Origin: Bdellovibrionota bacterium
GTDB lineage: Bacteria > Bdellovibrionota_G > JALEGL01 > JAGRMV01
Length of the DNA stretch: 64,000 nucleotides
Direction of reading: 5' to 3'
Assembly (NCBI GenBank): GCA_041391365.1
Contig: JAWKOC010000003.1
Location: forward strand, 261,586-325,585
Shown here: one piece after another, positions 27,368 through 36,645 of the stretch
How positions within the stretch are numbered: position 1 is the stretch's first letter
Layout: every line of letters starts with the position of its first letter
Position numbers and translations under genes: made by a program
Notes under the pieces: generated by a model
The model's input: only the letters and a program-made list of their open reading frames with translations
What the model was told of the DNA's origin: nothing
The model's database searches: none

Positions 27368-30085
27368 TTGAATCGGACTAGGTTTGCGGCATTGTGTGTT
27401 TCTTTTGGGTTGGGATGGTTTGGGAATTTTGCCCATGGAGCCCAGAGCTTGGAAACCCACTACCATCTCAAGGTGGTTCTCAAGAATCCTAGACTCCGCA
27501 CCATCGAAATCGTTCAGGACACGACCCTCACAAACCAAAGCTCGGTGGCCATCACCATGGTGGAATGGCTCGTCTATCCCAATCGATTTTCCAAACCTCT
27601 GCCTCGTCTGGGAGATTTGAACTATCATCGAATCTACCCTCACGGATTTTCCAAGGGATCCATTGATTTTTCATCGATTCAAAATTCCGATGGCGAAGAT
27701 GTGCGTTCCACCTTTGTTCCAGGTAGTTTTTTGGCCATGCCGGAAGGCATCTCGTATACGCAGCACCTGAAAAAACCTCTGCAACCGGGCCAATCCATTT
27801 CGATCCAGATGTCTTATACGCTGAAGGTGCCCAACAAATTGGGTTCTTTTGGATTTTATCGAAACATTCTGACCCTTTCGGGTGGATGGACGCCTTATGT
27901 AGCTCATATGAACAACCAAGGGGAATTTGATCTGACCGATGCGCCCAATCCCAGCCAGTGGGACGTTGCGATCGATTCCCAGTGGCCCTTTGTGATGAAA
28001 GATACGCTGTACCAGGCAGGAGAACACCATGTTCATTTTGAGCAGTTGCCCTCCATCAATTTGCAAGCCAGCCCTCGATTTTATTCGTATCACGTAAAAG
28101 ACGATCAGCGATCTGTGACCGTGTTTTACCCTCTGCGAAAAAACAAACGAATTGAAACTTCCATGGAAATGTTTTTGGAAAGTTACCTTCGGTATCTTAA
28201 AACTCATGAGGAGTGGTTTGAAGGAAAACCCACGCACTTTACATTGTCTCAAGCACCTTTGAGAGAAATGCTGGCCGTACAAACGTCCGGAAGTTCTTAT
28301 TTTTCTGATCGAGCTTTCAAAACCGTGGGCTTCTTGAAATCCTTTCATACCGTGCCTCTTCTCCAAACTCTTTTTGGACAGATGATCTCCAAAGAAGTTC
28401 AAGATGTGGAAAACATCGAGAATCGTTTGTGGGTCAGCGAGATGGTCTCTCAAAAACTCACAGCAGATTTTATTGAATACCAAAAATATGCTCATACCGA
28501 TGCACGAAACATTGGTGCCATTCGTACACTGAGTATTTTTCCGATTGTCGATCAGGTGATTCACTCTCCTCAGTTTGCTTTTTTTGATGTGTTCTATGAT
28601 TTTGCCTATCCCTATGATCCTGTCCGAGATGAATTTTCAAGATACAACCATCGAAAAGCCTATGGCCGCTCGGTGTTTTCCAACATGGAAGATGTTCTTG
28701 GAGAAGAACTTGTCGAAGAGAGCATCGACGAATACATCCGTAAAGAAAACACCAGTTTGCTGAGCATTTTGCAGGAAAAATCTGGAAAAGATCTGACCTC
28801 CGATCTTGCCCAGTGGACATCACGACGACCTGCACTCAATTACAGCATCATCAAAAAAGAGCGGACAGAGAATCAAGATGAGAGTTCTCATTATTTGGTT
28901 CGCGTTCGAAAAGAAGGCCCCATCGAATTCACAGAACCTGTAGAGCTCTTGGTCAAAACCAAAAAAAGTCGTGACATTCTTCGATGGAAAGATGGGGGAG
29001 AATTTCATGATTTTGAATTTGATGTTCCCCAGAATGACAAACTCAAAGTAGTTGAGATTGATCCTCGAAAGCGTCTTTTGGAAACCGATCTGGATGACAA
29101 TCGAAAACCTTCACTGAAAAAATTTGTGTTGACGGAAAGTTTTGCTACCTACGATGTAAAATCGAATCAACCTCAAATTTTTTTGGCGGGTCAATTTCGA
29201 AAAAAATACGGTGGGGCAGATCGCTTCAACATTCAAGCCACCTATCTCAAAGATATTTACGGAGTGAATTTTTCCTATATGCGTTTGTTTGGGCAGGCCT
29301 TGGATCGACTGCGTTTGAGCCACGGATTGAGTTCTGGGATTTCGATCAACCGGGTCACCGACGACTACACTTCCGTGAGTACTTCCTCGGGTCCAACCGC
29401 CGTGTTGGTCGGAAACGAAGGATGGATCACAGCACTGACGATGAGTTATTTCTATGGAAACCAAGTTTCGTTCACCAATCCTCTCCAGGGAGGATATGGT
29501 TCGGTGAGTGCAAGTGTGGGAACCAAAGCCTTGGGAGGGGATCATGACTATTATCGAATTTCGACCAACCATTCCTGGATTCTTCCCTTGCATCCCAATC
29601 ATTTGTTAGCTTTTCGAGCCAGAATCGGAACCTCAGGTGCGGATAGCATTCCAAGCCAGGTACAATTTCGATTGGGAGGAATTGATTCCATGAGAGGTCT
29701 GCCTCTGGACAACAGTCGCTTTACAGGCCGACATGTGTTGCTTCTTTCAGGAGAATATCGTCATTTTCTTTTCCAAGACTTCGACGTCAATTTTTGGTTG
29801 TTTCGTGTAAGATCGGTGCAGGGAGCGGTTTTTTCCAATGTGGGAAAAATTGCATATTCTGCACAAGAGCGCGCAGAAAAAATCATCAACCCCTCTGCAC
29901 CAACCTCAAATTTTTGGGACCTGTTCAATGGATCCAATATGGAAGTGGATGTTGGATATGGTCTACGATTTCACATTGAATACTTTGGTGTATCCCCCAG
30001 TTTGATCACCTTTGATGTGGCTCGCGCCATCACAGAAGCCAATGCAGTGATGCAGTTTTATTTTGGCGTCACGCAGACGTTTTGA
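27368..30085 (+). CDS. Large outer-membrane protein with Omp85/surface-antigen-like C-terminal barrel
   Basis: TTG start and signal peptide ...GNFAHGAQ. C-terminal RLGGIDSMRGLP and a terminal aromatic residue (TQTF) are typical of Omp85-type barrels. The N-terminal ~600 aa is unassigned. Confidence 0.7.
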   Translation: MNRTRFAALCVSFGLGWFGNFAHGAQSLETHYHLKVVLKNPRLRTIEIVQDTTLTNQSSVAITMVEWLVYPNRFSKPLPRLGDLNYHRIYPHGFSKGSIDFSSIQNSDGEDVRSTFVPGSFLAMPEGISYTQHLKKPLQPGQSISIQMSYTLKVPNKLGSFGFYRNILTLSGGWTPYVAHMNNQGEFDLTDAPNPSQWDVAIDSQWPFVMKDTLYQAGEHHVHFEQLPSINLQASPRFYSYHVKDDQRSVTVFYPLRKNKRIETSMEMFLESYLRYLKTHEEWFEGKPTHFTLSQAPLREMLAVQTSGSSYFSDRAFKTVGFLKSFHTVPLLQTLFGQMISKEVQDVENIENRLWVSEMVSQKLTADFIEYQKYAHTDARNIGAIRTLSIFPIVDQVIHSPQFAFFDVFYDFAYPYDPVRDEFSRYNHRKAYGRSVFSNMEDVLGEELVEESIDEYIRKENTSLLSILQEKSGKDLTSDLAQWTSRRPALNYSIIKKERTENQDESSHYLVRVRKEGPIEFTEPVELLVKTKKSRDILRWKDGGEFHDFEFDVPQNDKLKVVEIDPRKRLLETDLDDNRKPSLKKFVLTESFATYDVKSNQPQIFLAGQFRKKYGGADRFNIQATYLKDIYGVNFSYMRLFGQALDRLRLSHGLSSGISINRVTDDYTSVSTSSGPTAVLVGNEGWITALTMSYFYGNQVSFTNPLQGGYGSVSASVGTKALGGDHDYYRISTNHSWILPLHPNHLLAFRARIGTSGADSIPSQVQFRLGGIDSMRGLPLDNSRFTGRHVLLLSGEYRHFLFQDFDVNFWLFRVRSVQGAVFSNVGKIAYSAQERAEKIINPSAPTSNFWDLFNGSNMEVDVGYGLRFHIEYFGVSPSLITFDVARAITEANAVMQFYFGVTQTF

Positions 30086-30120
30086 GGCAAAACATCTTTC
30101 GCTAGATCAAAAATTCATTC

Positions 30121-31314
30121 TCAAACACTGAGGGTGTTTCGAGAAGCAGAGGTTTTTTTCCGAGCAGAAGCTTTTTGTGTTTTGGCTGCATCGGTAGATT
30201 TGCCTTTTGTTTTTTGAGCTGGCTTGGTTGTGCTGCTTTTCTTTTTCTTTCCTGTTGCAGTTTTGACTTTCTTTTCTACTGCGTTGGCAAGATAGATTTT
30301 TTCAATGGCTTTTCGAAATTTTGGATCTTTGGCATCTTTTCGAATGGCCTCCATGATCGAAAACGTTTTGCTTGGATCGCAACTGTTGAAAACATCCCCA
30401 TTGGAATTGAGCTGAATAAAAGGTGTATCGCGCTCTTTTTGCAAATCAACTTTGGACAAAAAGGACATGACGCCCAAAGCATTGGGAAACTTGAACTTAA
30501 GCGTGGGCTGGTCTTCGCTCAAATCATGAACGCGTTCCAAAATTTGATAGTTGTCGATCATTTTTTTGGCTTCCAATACCGTGAGAATATTTCGATCACG
30601 ATAAGGGTCCAATTCCTGATTTTGAGGATCATATTCTACAAAACGAATATGGATACGACGATCACGCGTAAGTCGTGCAATTTCTACGATTTCATCTTCG
30701 TTGATTTCTTTGAGCAAAGTCACATTCAATCGAATGTCGCTGTATTTTAGTTTTTCAACTTTTTCTACACCGTCCAGCACTCGATACAAACTATCGTGCC
30801 CCGTAATGCGCTGGTACTTCATAAAATGAAGCGTATCAAAATTGACATCAACTTTTTTCAATCCCATTTTTCGCAAAGGATCTGCAAATGCTTTCAGGTG
30901 TGTTCCATTGGTGATCAAACGAACTTCGTTGATTTTTTTGCTTGCATGCGCAGCTTTGACAAAACTGGGCGCATCTTTGCGAAGAAGAGGTTCAGCCCCC
31001 TCGATCAAAACTTGATTGACTCCAAATTCTCCTACGATTTTGACAAACTTGTTTACATCGGAAGAACTCAGCGATTTTTTGGTTTCAAAAAATTCATTGT
31101 GGTGACCCAAAGCTTTGCAATAGAAACAACTCAGGTTGCATTCTCCTGTGATGGATAGTTTCAAAGTTCGAATATCGCCTAAGGGTTCAAAGTGCTTTGA
31201 TGCTGCCACAAAAACGCTCCTCGCATTCGTTGTTGATAAAACCAAACTAAACCGTTGTAGACCACGCAGGTTTGAGTTAGCGATTCTATATAGAAATTCA
31301 AAACTCTTTGTCAA
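30121..31314 (-). CDS. MoaA-like radical SAM protein with Lys-rich C-terminal tail
   Basis: CNLSCFYC (CxxxCxxC) and EGAEPLLR motifs. Only one Cys (C312) in the C-terminal half. The last ~50 aa are K/T/S/A-rich. Confidence 0.8.
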   Translation of the reverse strand: MTKSFEFLYRIANSNLRGLQRFSLVLSTTNARSVFVAASKHFEPLGDIRTLKLSITGECNLSCFYCKALGHHNEFFETKKSLSSSDVNKFVKIVGEFGVNQVLIEGAEPLLRKDAPSFVKAAHASKKINEVRLITNGTHLKAFADPLRKMGLKKVDVNFDTLHFMKYQRITGHDSLYRVLDGVEKVEKLKYSDIRLNVTLLKEINEDEIVEIARLTRDRRIHIRFVEYDPQNQELDPYRDRNILTVLEAKKMIDNYQILERVHDLSEDQPTLKFKFPNALGVMSFLSKVDLQKERDTPFIQLNSNGDVFNSCDPSKTFSIMEAIRKDAKDPKFRKAIEKIYLANAVEKKVKTATGKKKKSSTTKPAQKTKGKSTDAAKTQKASARKKTSASRNTLSV

Positions 31315-31374
31315 GCAATGCTTTTTATGACGCGCTGAACCTGAGCACGAAACGTGCTTTGCGAAATGTTGTGT

Positions 31375-31713
31375 TTATTTTTTTTGTCGATATTTTCGGA
31401 AGAGCCTGGTGATGATCCGTTTGCCGGCTTCATTGAGTTCAAGAAATTGAATCCCCATTCCTTTTCTTTTGTTTTTGTCGTTTTCGACCCACTTTACAAT
31501 TCCTGTACCTTTGATGCTTTCTTCCTGATTTTTGACGCGAAACTCAAAATTAAGCTTGGTTCCAATGGGTTTTGGATCTTCGGTGAGCAAAAACAACCCG
31601 CCTTCGCTCAAATTCTCCAACAAAACTTGGTCCCGTTGATCTTCTTTTTGAAACAAAATTTTTACATTGCTCTCAAGAGAGATACGGGCAAATCTACGAC
31701 GTTCATCACTCAT
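31375..31713 (-). CDS. Single-domain PilZ protein
   Basis: RRRFARISLE and NLSEGGLFLLT PilZ motifs. 112 aa. Confidence 0.85.
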   Translation of the reverse strand: MSDERRRFARISLESNVKILFQKEDQRDQVLLENLSEGGLFLLTEDPKPIGTKLNFEFRVKNQEESIKGTGIVKWVENDKNKRKGMGIQFLELNEAGKRIITRLFRKYRQKK

Positions 31714-31805
31714 GGGTTCTTACTTTCCACTATTTTTCGTATGCAAATGATGATAAGTTTTCCATCCAATTGCCATCACGAAGTAGTGGCTCAATTGTAA
31801 GCGAG

Positions 31806-34253
31806 ATGACTCAAAAATGGAAAAAAACTTTGGCGAATCTTTTTTTGGGTTTTGCCGTTGCGGTTGGATTGATCACAAGCGTAGTCCTTGGTTACTTTTA
31901 CGTAAACCTACCTTCCATTGAAACCCTTCGAGACTATCAACCCTTTTTGGCCACAGAAGTTTTTTCCCGGGAATACATCAAAATCGGTGAATTTTTTCAG
32001 GAGCGTCGCGTGTTCGTTCCCATGGAAGAAATTCCTCCCATGGTGATCAATGCTTTTTTGTCTGCGGAAGATTCTGATTTTTATGAGCATCGCGGAGTCT
32101 CTCCCATTGCGATTGTCAGGGCCATGATCAAAAATGCGATTGCCGGGTACAAAAAGCAAGGGGGAAGTACCATCACGCAGCAAGTGGCTCGCGGAGTTTT
32201 GCTTTCACGGAAAAAAAGTTATACGCGAAAAATTCGGGAGGTGCTCCTGGCCTTGAAAATGGAGCGACACCTGACCAAAAATGAAATCTTAGAAATCTAC
32301 CTGAATCAAGTGTACCTAGGCCACAGCAGCTATGGTGTTCAGGCGGCGGCGAAAGTGTATTTCAACAAAAACCTTAAGGAACTTACCATTGGTGAAACGG
32401 CAATTTTGGCAGGGTTGACCAAAGCTCCCAGCCGAGACAATCCTCACACAAGCTTGGAGAAGGCCAAAGGTCGACAAGCCTATGTGCTCAGCCGTTTGGT
32501 GAGCGAAGGTCATATTTCTGAGCAGGAAAAAAAAGACGCGCAAAATGAATTGATTGTGGTTCAGTCTGAAAGCGATTTGAATCTTTCAGTTGCACCCTAT
32601 TTTGTGGAAAGCATTCGACGCTATGCCATGAACAAATATGGTGCGGAACGAGTTCTGGGTGATGGGCTGCAAATCATCACCACTCTCAAATACGATGCGG
32701 CCATGGCCGCCGACAAGACTCTTCGTGCGGGGGTCATCGAGCTGGATCAGCGTCAAGGATATCGAGGCCCTCTAAAAAAAGTAGAAGAGTCTGAGATGGC
32801 CCAGGAAATGGATCGACTCAAAACCGAACAAGGTCAGATGATGCTTGGTCAAGACCAAACTTATGAAGCCCTGGTCACAGAAGTCTCCGACAAAAACGGA
32901 ACCGTTCGCATCGATACAGGAGCTCAAGCCGGATGGATTTCTCTTTCAAGCATGGAGTGGGCTCGAACCCCCAATGCACAAGTGTTTTGGGAATACGCAA
33001 AAGTGAAAAAACCTTCTCAAGTCCTCGCCAAAGGAGATTTGATTCAGGTGCGGTGGCTGGAAACCCGCAATGATCAGCAGTGGTTTGCTCTTTTTCAGGA
33101 GCCCAAAGTACAGGGCGCGTTGGTGGCCATGGATCCTTATACCGGTGCGGTGATTGCCATGAAGGGTGGGTATGACTATCGTGAAAGTGAGTTCAATCGA
33201 ATTTTGCAAAGCACCCGACAGCCTGGATCGAGTTTCAAACCTTTCATCTATTCCGCAGCGTTGGACCACGGATATACTCCTGGTAGCATCATTGTGGATG
33301 CCCCGTTGGTCTATGATGACCCCACCACAGAATTTCGATGGAAGCCAAAAAATTATGGCGGAAAATTTTATGGAGATACCATTTTTCGGGATTGTTTGAT
33401 TCAATCTCGAAACGTTCCCACGATCAAAATTGTTCAAGATATGGGAATCGATACGGTCATCGATTACGCCAGACGGTTTGGATTTTCCACCGAGCTTGAT
33501 CGCAATTTTTCCTTGGCCCTGGGGTCTTCAACGGTATATCCCATTGAACTCGCACAAGCATATTCGGTATTTGCCAATGGGGGCACCCGCCCAACCTATT
33601 TCATGATCAAAAAAATCATCGACAAAGATGGAAACATTTTGGAGCAACATAGTTTTGATGATCCTGCCTTGGATTTGGATGCTCAACTTGTGCAACGAGA
33701 AATCATGCAAGACAAAAAGCACAAACAAGAACAAGCTATTTTGCAAGGGCTGCAAGAGGAAGACAATCTAGCTCAGGGATACGTCATCACACCTCAAACC
33801 GCCTACATGATCACTCACCTTCTCAAAGAAGTAATCACGGCAGGAACGGGTCGCCGTGCTCTAAAATTGGGTCGGCCTGCAGCAGGAAAAACTGGAACCA
33901 CCAACGACAACTACGATGCTTGGTTTGTGGGATACACACCTCAGTTGGTGACGGTGGTGTGGATGGGATTTGACCAAGCTCAAGATCTTGGCGCGCTGGA
34001 AGGTGGAGGGCGAACGGCAGTGCCTGTGTGGAATGATTTTATGACCATCACGCTCAAGGACGAACCAAGAATTGATTTTGATGTTCCTTCAGGACTGGTG
34101 TTTGCACAAATTGATCCAAAAACTGGAAAACTCGCCAACGAACGAACCAATGATCCGATTTTTGAAATTTTCCGTCAAGGCACTCAGCCGACCGGTGTTT
34201 CGGATCAATCGATGGGTTCGTCTCAGTCACAAGATTTCTTTTTGGAGGAATAG
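31806..34253 (+). CDS. mrcA: Penicillin-binding protein 1A (bifunctional transglycosylase/transpeptidase)
   Basis: GT51 motifs EDSDFYEHRGV and GGSTITQQ. TPase motifs SSFKP, SRN, KTGTT. Start at ATG 31806 before the TM anchor. Confidence 0.95.
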   Translation: MTQKWKKTLANLFLGFAVAVGLITSVVLGYFYVNLPSIETLRDYQPFLATEVFSREYIKIGEFFQERRVFVPMEEIPPMVINAFLSAEDSDFYEHRGVSPIAIVRAMIKNAIAGYKKQGGSTITQQVARGVLLSRKKSYTRKIREVLLALKMERHLTKNEILEIYLNQVYLGHSSYGVQAAAKVYFNKNLKELTIGETAILAGLTKAPSRDNPHTSLEKAKGRQAYVLSRLVSEGHISEQEKKDAQNELIVVQSESDLNLSVAPYFVESIRRYAMNKYGAERVLGDGLQIITTLKYDAAMAADKTLRAGVIELDQRQGYRGPLKKVEESEMAQEMDRLKTEQGQMMLGQDQTYEALVTEVSDKNGTVRIDTGAQAGWISLSSMEWARTPNAQVFWEYAKVKKPSQVLAKGDLIQVRWLETRNDQQWFALFQEPKVQGALVAMDPYTGAVIAMKGGYDYRESEFNRILQSTRQPGSSFKPFIYSAALDHGYTPGSIIVDAPLVYDDPTTEFRWKPKNYGGKFYGDTIFRDCLIQSRNVPTIKIVQDMGIDTVIDYARRFGFSTELDRNFSLALGSSTVYPIELAQAYSVFANGGTRPTYFMIKKIIDKDGNILEQHSFDDPALDLDAQLVQREIMQDKKHKQEQAILQGLQEEDNLAQGYVITPQTAYMITHLLKEVITAGTGRRALKLGRPAAGKTGTTNDNYDAWFVGYTPQLVTVVWMGFDQAQDLGALEGGGRTAVPVWNDFMTITLKDEPRIDFDVPSGLVFAQIDPKTGKLANERTNDPIFEIFRQGTQPTGVSDQSMGSSQSQDFFLEE

Positions 34254-34259
34254 TCCACA

Positions 34260-35978
34260 TTGCTTCTCGCCATGCACAAACAGAGTTTGGGTATCGTGTG
34301 TTGCATTCTTCTTTCTTCCTGTGCAAAACACATTTCTGATTCTTCTGTTACGCCGTACAGAAAACCTCAGGTGATTTTGCATTCTCAACCCTTGGGAGAT
34401 GGCGGTTTTTTGAGTCGCGATTTGTTCCGAAGCTACTGGACTCCACCTTCCTCGGATGACGACTTGATCACCGTTGGAGTTGTCTTGTCCGAAAAAGAAA
34501 TTCGTTTTCGCAGTGACCAAAATTTTTTGATTCGTGTGTACAATGATCAGTCTTCCATGGATATTGCATCCCCTGGTGGTGTGTTGTGGAGGGTCAAGGA
34601 TCTTACCATTACTCGGCCTCCACTGATTCGCTATTTTGCGATCTCAGATGAAGTCCTTCTTCACCAGGGAAAAAATCCTGATGAATCCAAAGCACAGGCT
34701 CTTCGCGATCAAGGATTTTCGTTTGCAAAGTGGGTGGGTCCTCCCAAAATGGATGCGATCAAAAAGCCCTCCAGACTGCAACGATGGTTTTTGTCGTATC
34801 ACTCTTTCAAGGATAAATCTTCGGCAGATCATTTTTGCGGTCATCAAAAAAACACCAATAAACTTTCTTGCAAGGTCATCTCCCGCGTGGGTCTGCCTCC
34901 TCAAGGCTCAGGAATTCTCAAGGCTCATCAAAGTTCGTTTGTGAAAGGGTTCGAAGGCATCATCGAAATCATTTCGCCCGATGCACCCATTGAAGTGTTG
35001 GAAGTCAAAAACGATATCATGAGCAACGAACTTTCTCATGGCCAGCTGTACGGACCCAGATTGTTCATCATTCCCAATGCAGAAGGAAATTTTTCGATGG
35101 TTCAGCAAACCCAATTCACGGACTATCTTGAAGGCGTGGTTCCTGCCGAAACTTTTCCCAATGCACATTTGGAAGCTCTCAAAACCCAGGCCATCATTGC
35201 ACGAACCTATGCACTCAGTCACGCACCCATAGAATTTTCGTCCATGCCTTTTTTCACCTGTGCGAGTACACGATGCCAGGTGTATCGAGGACAAAAAATA
35301 AAAACCTCCCGCACGAACATGGCGGTGGAACAAACCAAAAACCTGGTGCTCCGGGAAAGAGATGGAAGCTTCGCCCAGACGTATTATCATTCGGTGTGTG
35401 GTGGACACACGGAAAACAAGGTTTCAAGTTTGGGGGGACAGTCGGTCGCCTACCTCAAAGGTGTGACCGATCGAGCTTCAGACCAAGGGTTGGATCTGCA
35501 CAAAACCCACGATGTTCGGGAATTCATTCTTCATCCTCAGCAGTCCTATTGTGAAGTCTCTTCCTATTCTCCCAAATCAAAATATCGTTGGAACAAAACC
35601 TTTTCTCATCGGGATCTTCGTGCCATAGCCAAAAATGTAGGTTTGGCAGAAGATCTTGAAGAAATCGAGATTTTACGGAGGGGGGTTTCAGGGCGTGTAG
35701 AACGTATGCAATTGTCCACACGAACGCAGAAAAAGACCCTGTATGGCGAGCTAACCATCCGCAATGCTTTTGAAAATTTGCCTTCCTCTTTGTTTGTGAT
35801 GGATCTCCACAAAAGCGGATCCTCCATCCATACAGCAACCTTCCATGGGGGCGGATTTGGACATGGCGTGGGTCTGTGCCAAATCGGTGCCATTGGAAGA
35901 GCTGAAAAAGGTCAATCCTTTCAGACCATTCTGCAAGCGTACTACCCTGGATTGATTCTGGATGAGATTGTTCCCTAG
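34260..35978 (+). CDS. SpoIID/LytB-domain protein (lipoprotein)
   Basis: Lipobox CCILLSSC. SpoIID signatures ALKTQAIIARTYAL and YHSVCGGHTEN. Confidence 0.85.
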   Translation: MLLAMHKQSLGIVCCILLSSCAKHISDSSVTPYRKPQVILHSQPLGDGGFLSRDLFRSYWTPPSSDDDLITVGVVLSEKEIRFRSDQNFLIRVYNDQSSMDIASPGGVLWRVKDLTITRPPLIRYFAISDEVLLHQGKNPDESKAQALRDQGFSFAKWVGPPKMDAIKKPSRLQRWFLSYHSFKDKSSADHFCGHQKNTNKLSCKVISRVGLPPQGSGILKAHQSSFVKGFEGIIEIISPDAPIEVLEVKNDIMSNELSHGQLYGPRLFIIPNAEGNFSMVQQTQFTDYLEGVVPAETFPNAHLEALKTQAIIARTYALSHAPIEFSSMPFFTCASTRCQVYRGQKIKTSRTNMAVEQTKNLVLRERDGSFAQTYYHSVCGGHTENKVSSLGGQSVAYLKGVTDRASDQGLDLHKTHDVREFILHPQQSYCEVSSYSPKSKYRWNKTFSHRDLRAIAKNVGLAEDLEEIEILRRGVSGRVERMQLSTRTQKKTLYGELTIRNAFENLPSSLFVMDLHKSGSSIHTATFHGGGFGHGVGLCQIGAIGRAEKGQSFQTILQAYYPGLILDEIVP

Positions 35979-36052
35979 GTCCCCTTCGTGGTAGAATGAT
36001 AAGATCTATATAATATAGATAACCAAGATCAAAAAAGGGGTGCAAAAACATC

Positions 36053-36625
36053 ATGGCCTTGACGTCCTTGCAAGACACAGAGCAAATTGAACGACAGCTC
36101 AAGGAATTCGTCACCTTGACCGATGAACTGAAGATCAAGTACGAGCAGTATTTTCTTGGACTTATCAAAGAAGAACCCTTTCAAATGCGGGAAAAGGCCA
36201 AGAAAATGGCCAGAGACTACTATACGACCGCCATTCAGAACGCGGGATTGAAATTTCGATTTGCCCAGGCCCTGGCCAAATACAACACCTACTCCACACT
36301 CTGGGATCGGACCCTCAAACAAATTGAAGAGGGTTCCTATCAACGAGATTTGTTCAAAGCGCGCCTTCGCTCTCAATCACATTCGAAAACCGCCCCAAAG
36401 ACATCCTCAGAGCGAACCAAATCCAAGGAAATCCATCGACTGTATGATGATTATCAAAAAGCTTTGGGCAAAAAATTGGATTTTGGAGCCTTCGAGCGAA
36501 ACATTGCCCCCAAGATCATGGCCATCAAAGAACGAACCAAAGAAAAGGACATTCACATCAAGATCGTTCGAGAAGGCGAAAAAATTCGAGTCAAAGCCTT
36601 TCGGAAAAAAGAATCCAGTTCCTAG
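36053..36625 (+). CDS. Hypothetical basic coiled-coil protein
   Basis: 190-aa ORF with RBS-like AAAAGGGG upstream. No domain recognised. Confidence 0.6.
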   Translation: MALTSLQDTEQIERQLKEFVTLTDELKIKYEQYFLGLIKEEPFQMREKAKKMARDYYTTAIQNAGLKFRFAQALAKYNTYSTLWDRTLKQIEEGSYQRDLFKARLRSQSHSKTAPKTSSERTKSKEIHRLYDDYQKALGKKLDFGAFERNIAPKIMAIKERTKEKDIHIKIVREGEKIRVKAFRKKESSS

Positions 36626-36645
36626 TCATACTTATTTTTCATCTC

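Noticed and set aside
27671-28564. 297-aa minus-strand ORF. Others at 40922-41680 and 42122-42862.
   Set aside because: They are antisense to long plus-strand ORFs that have signal peptides or lipoboxes and better coding character. No motifs are present.
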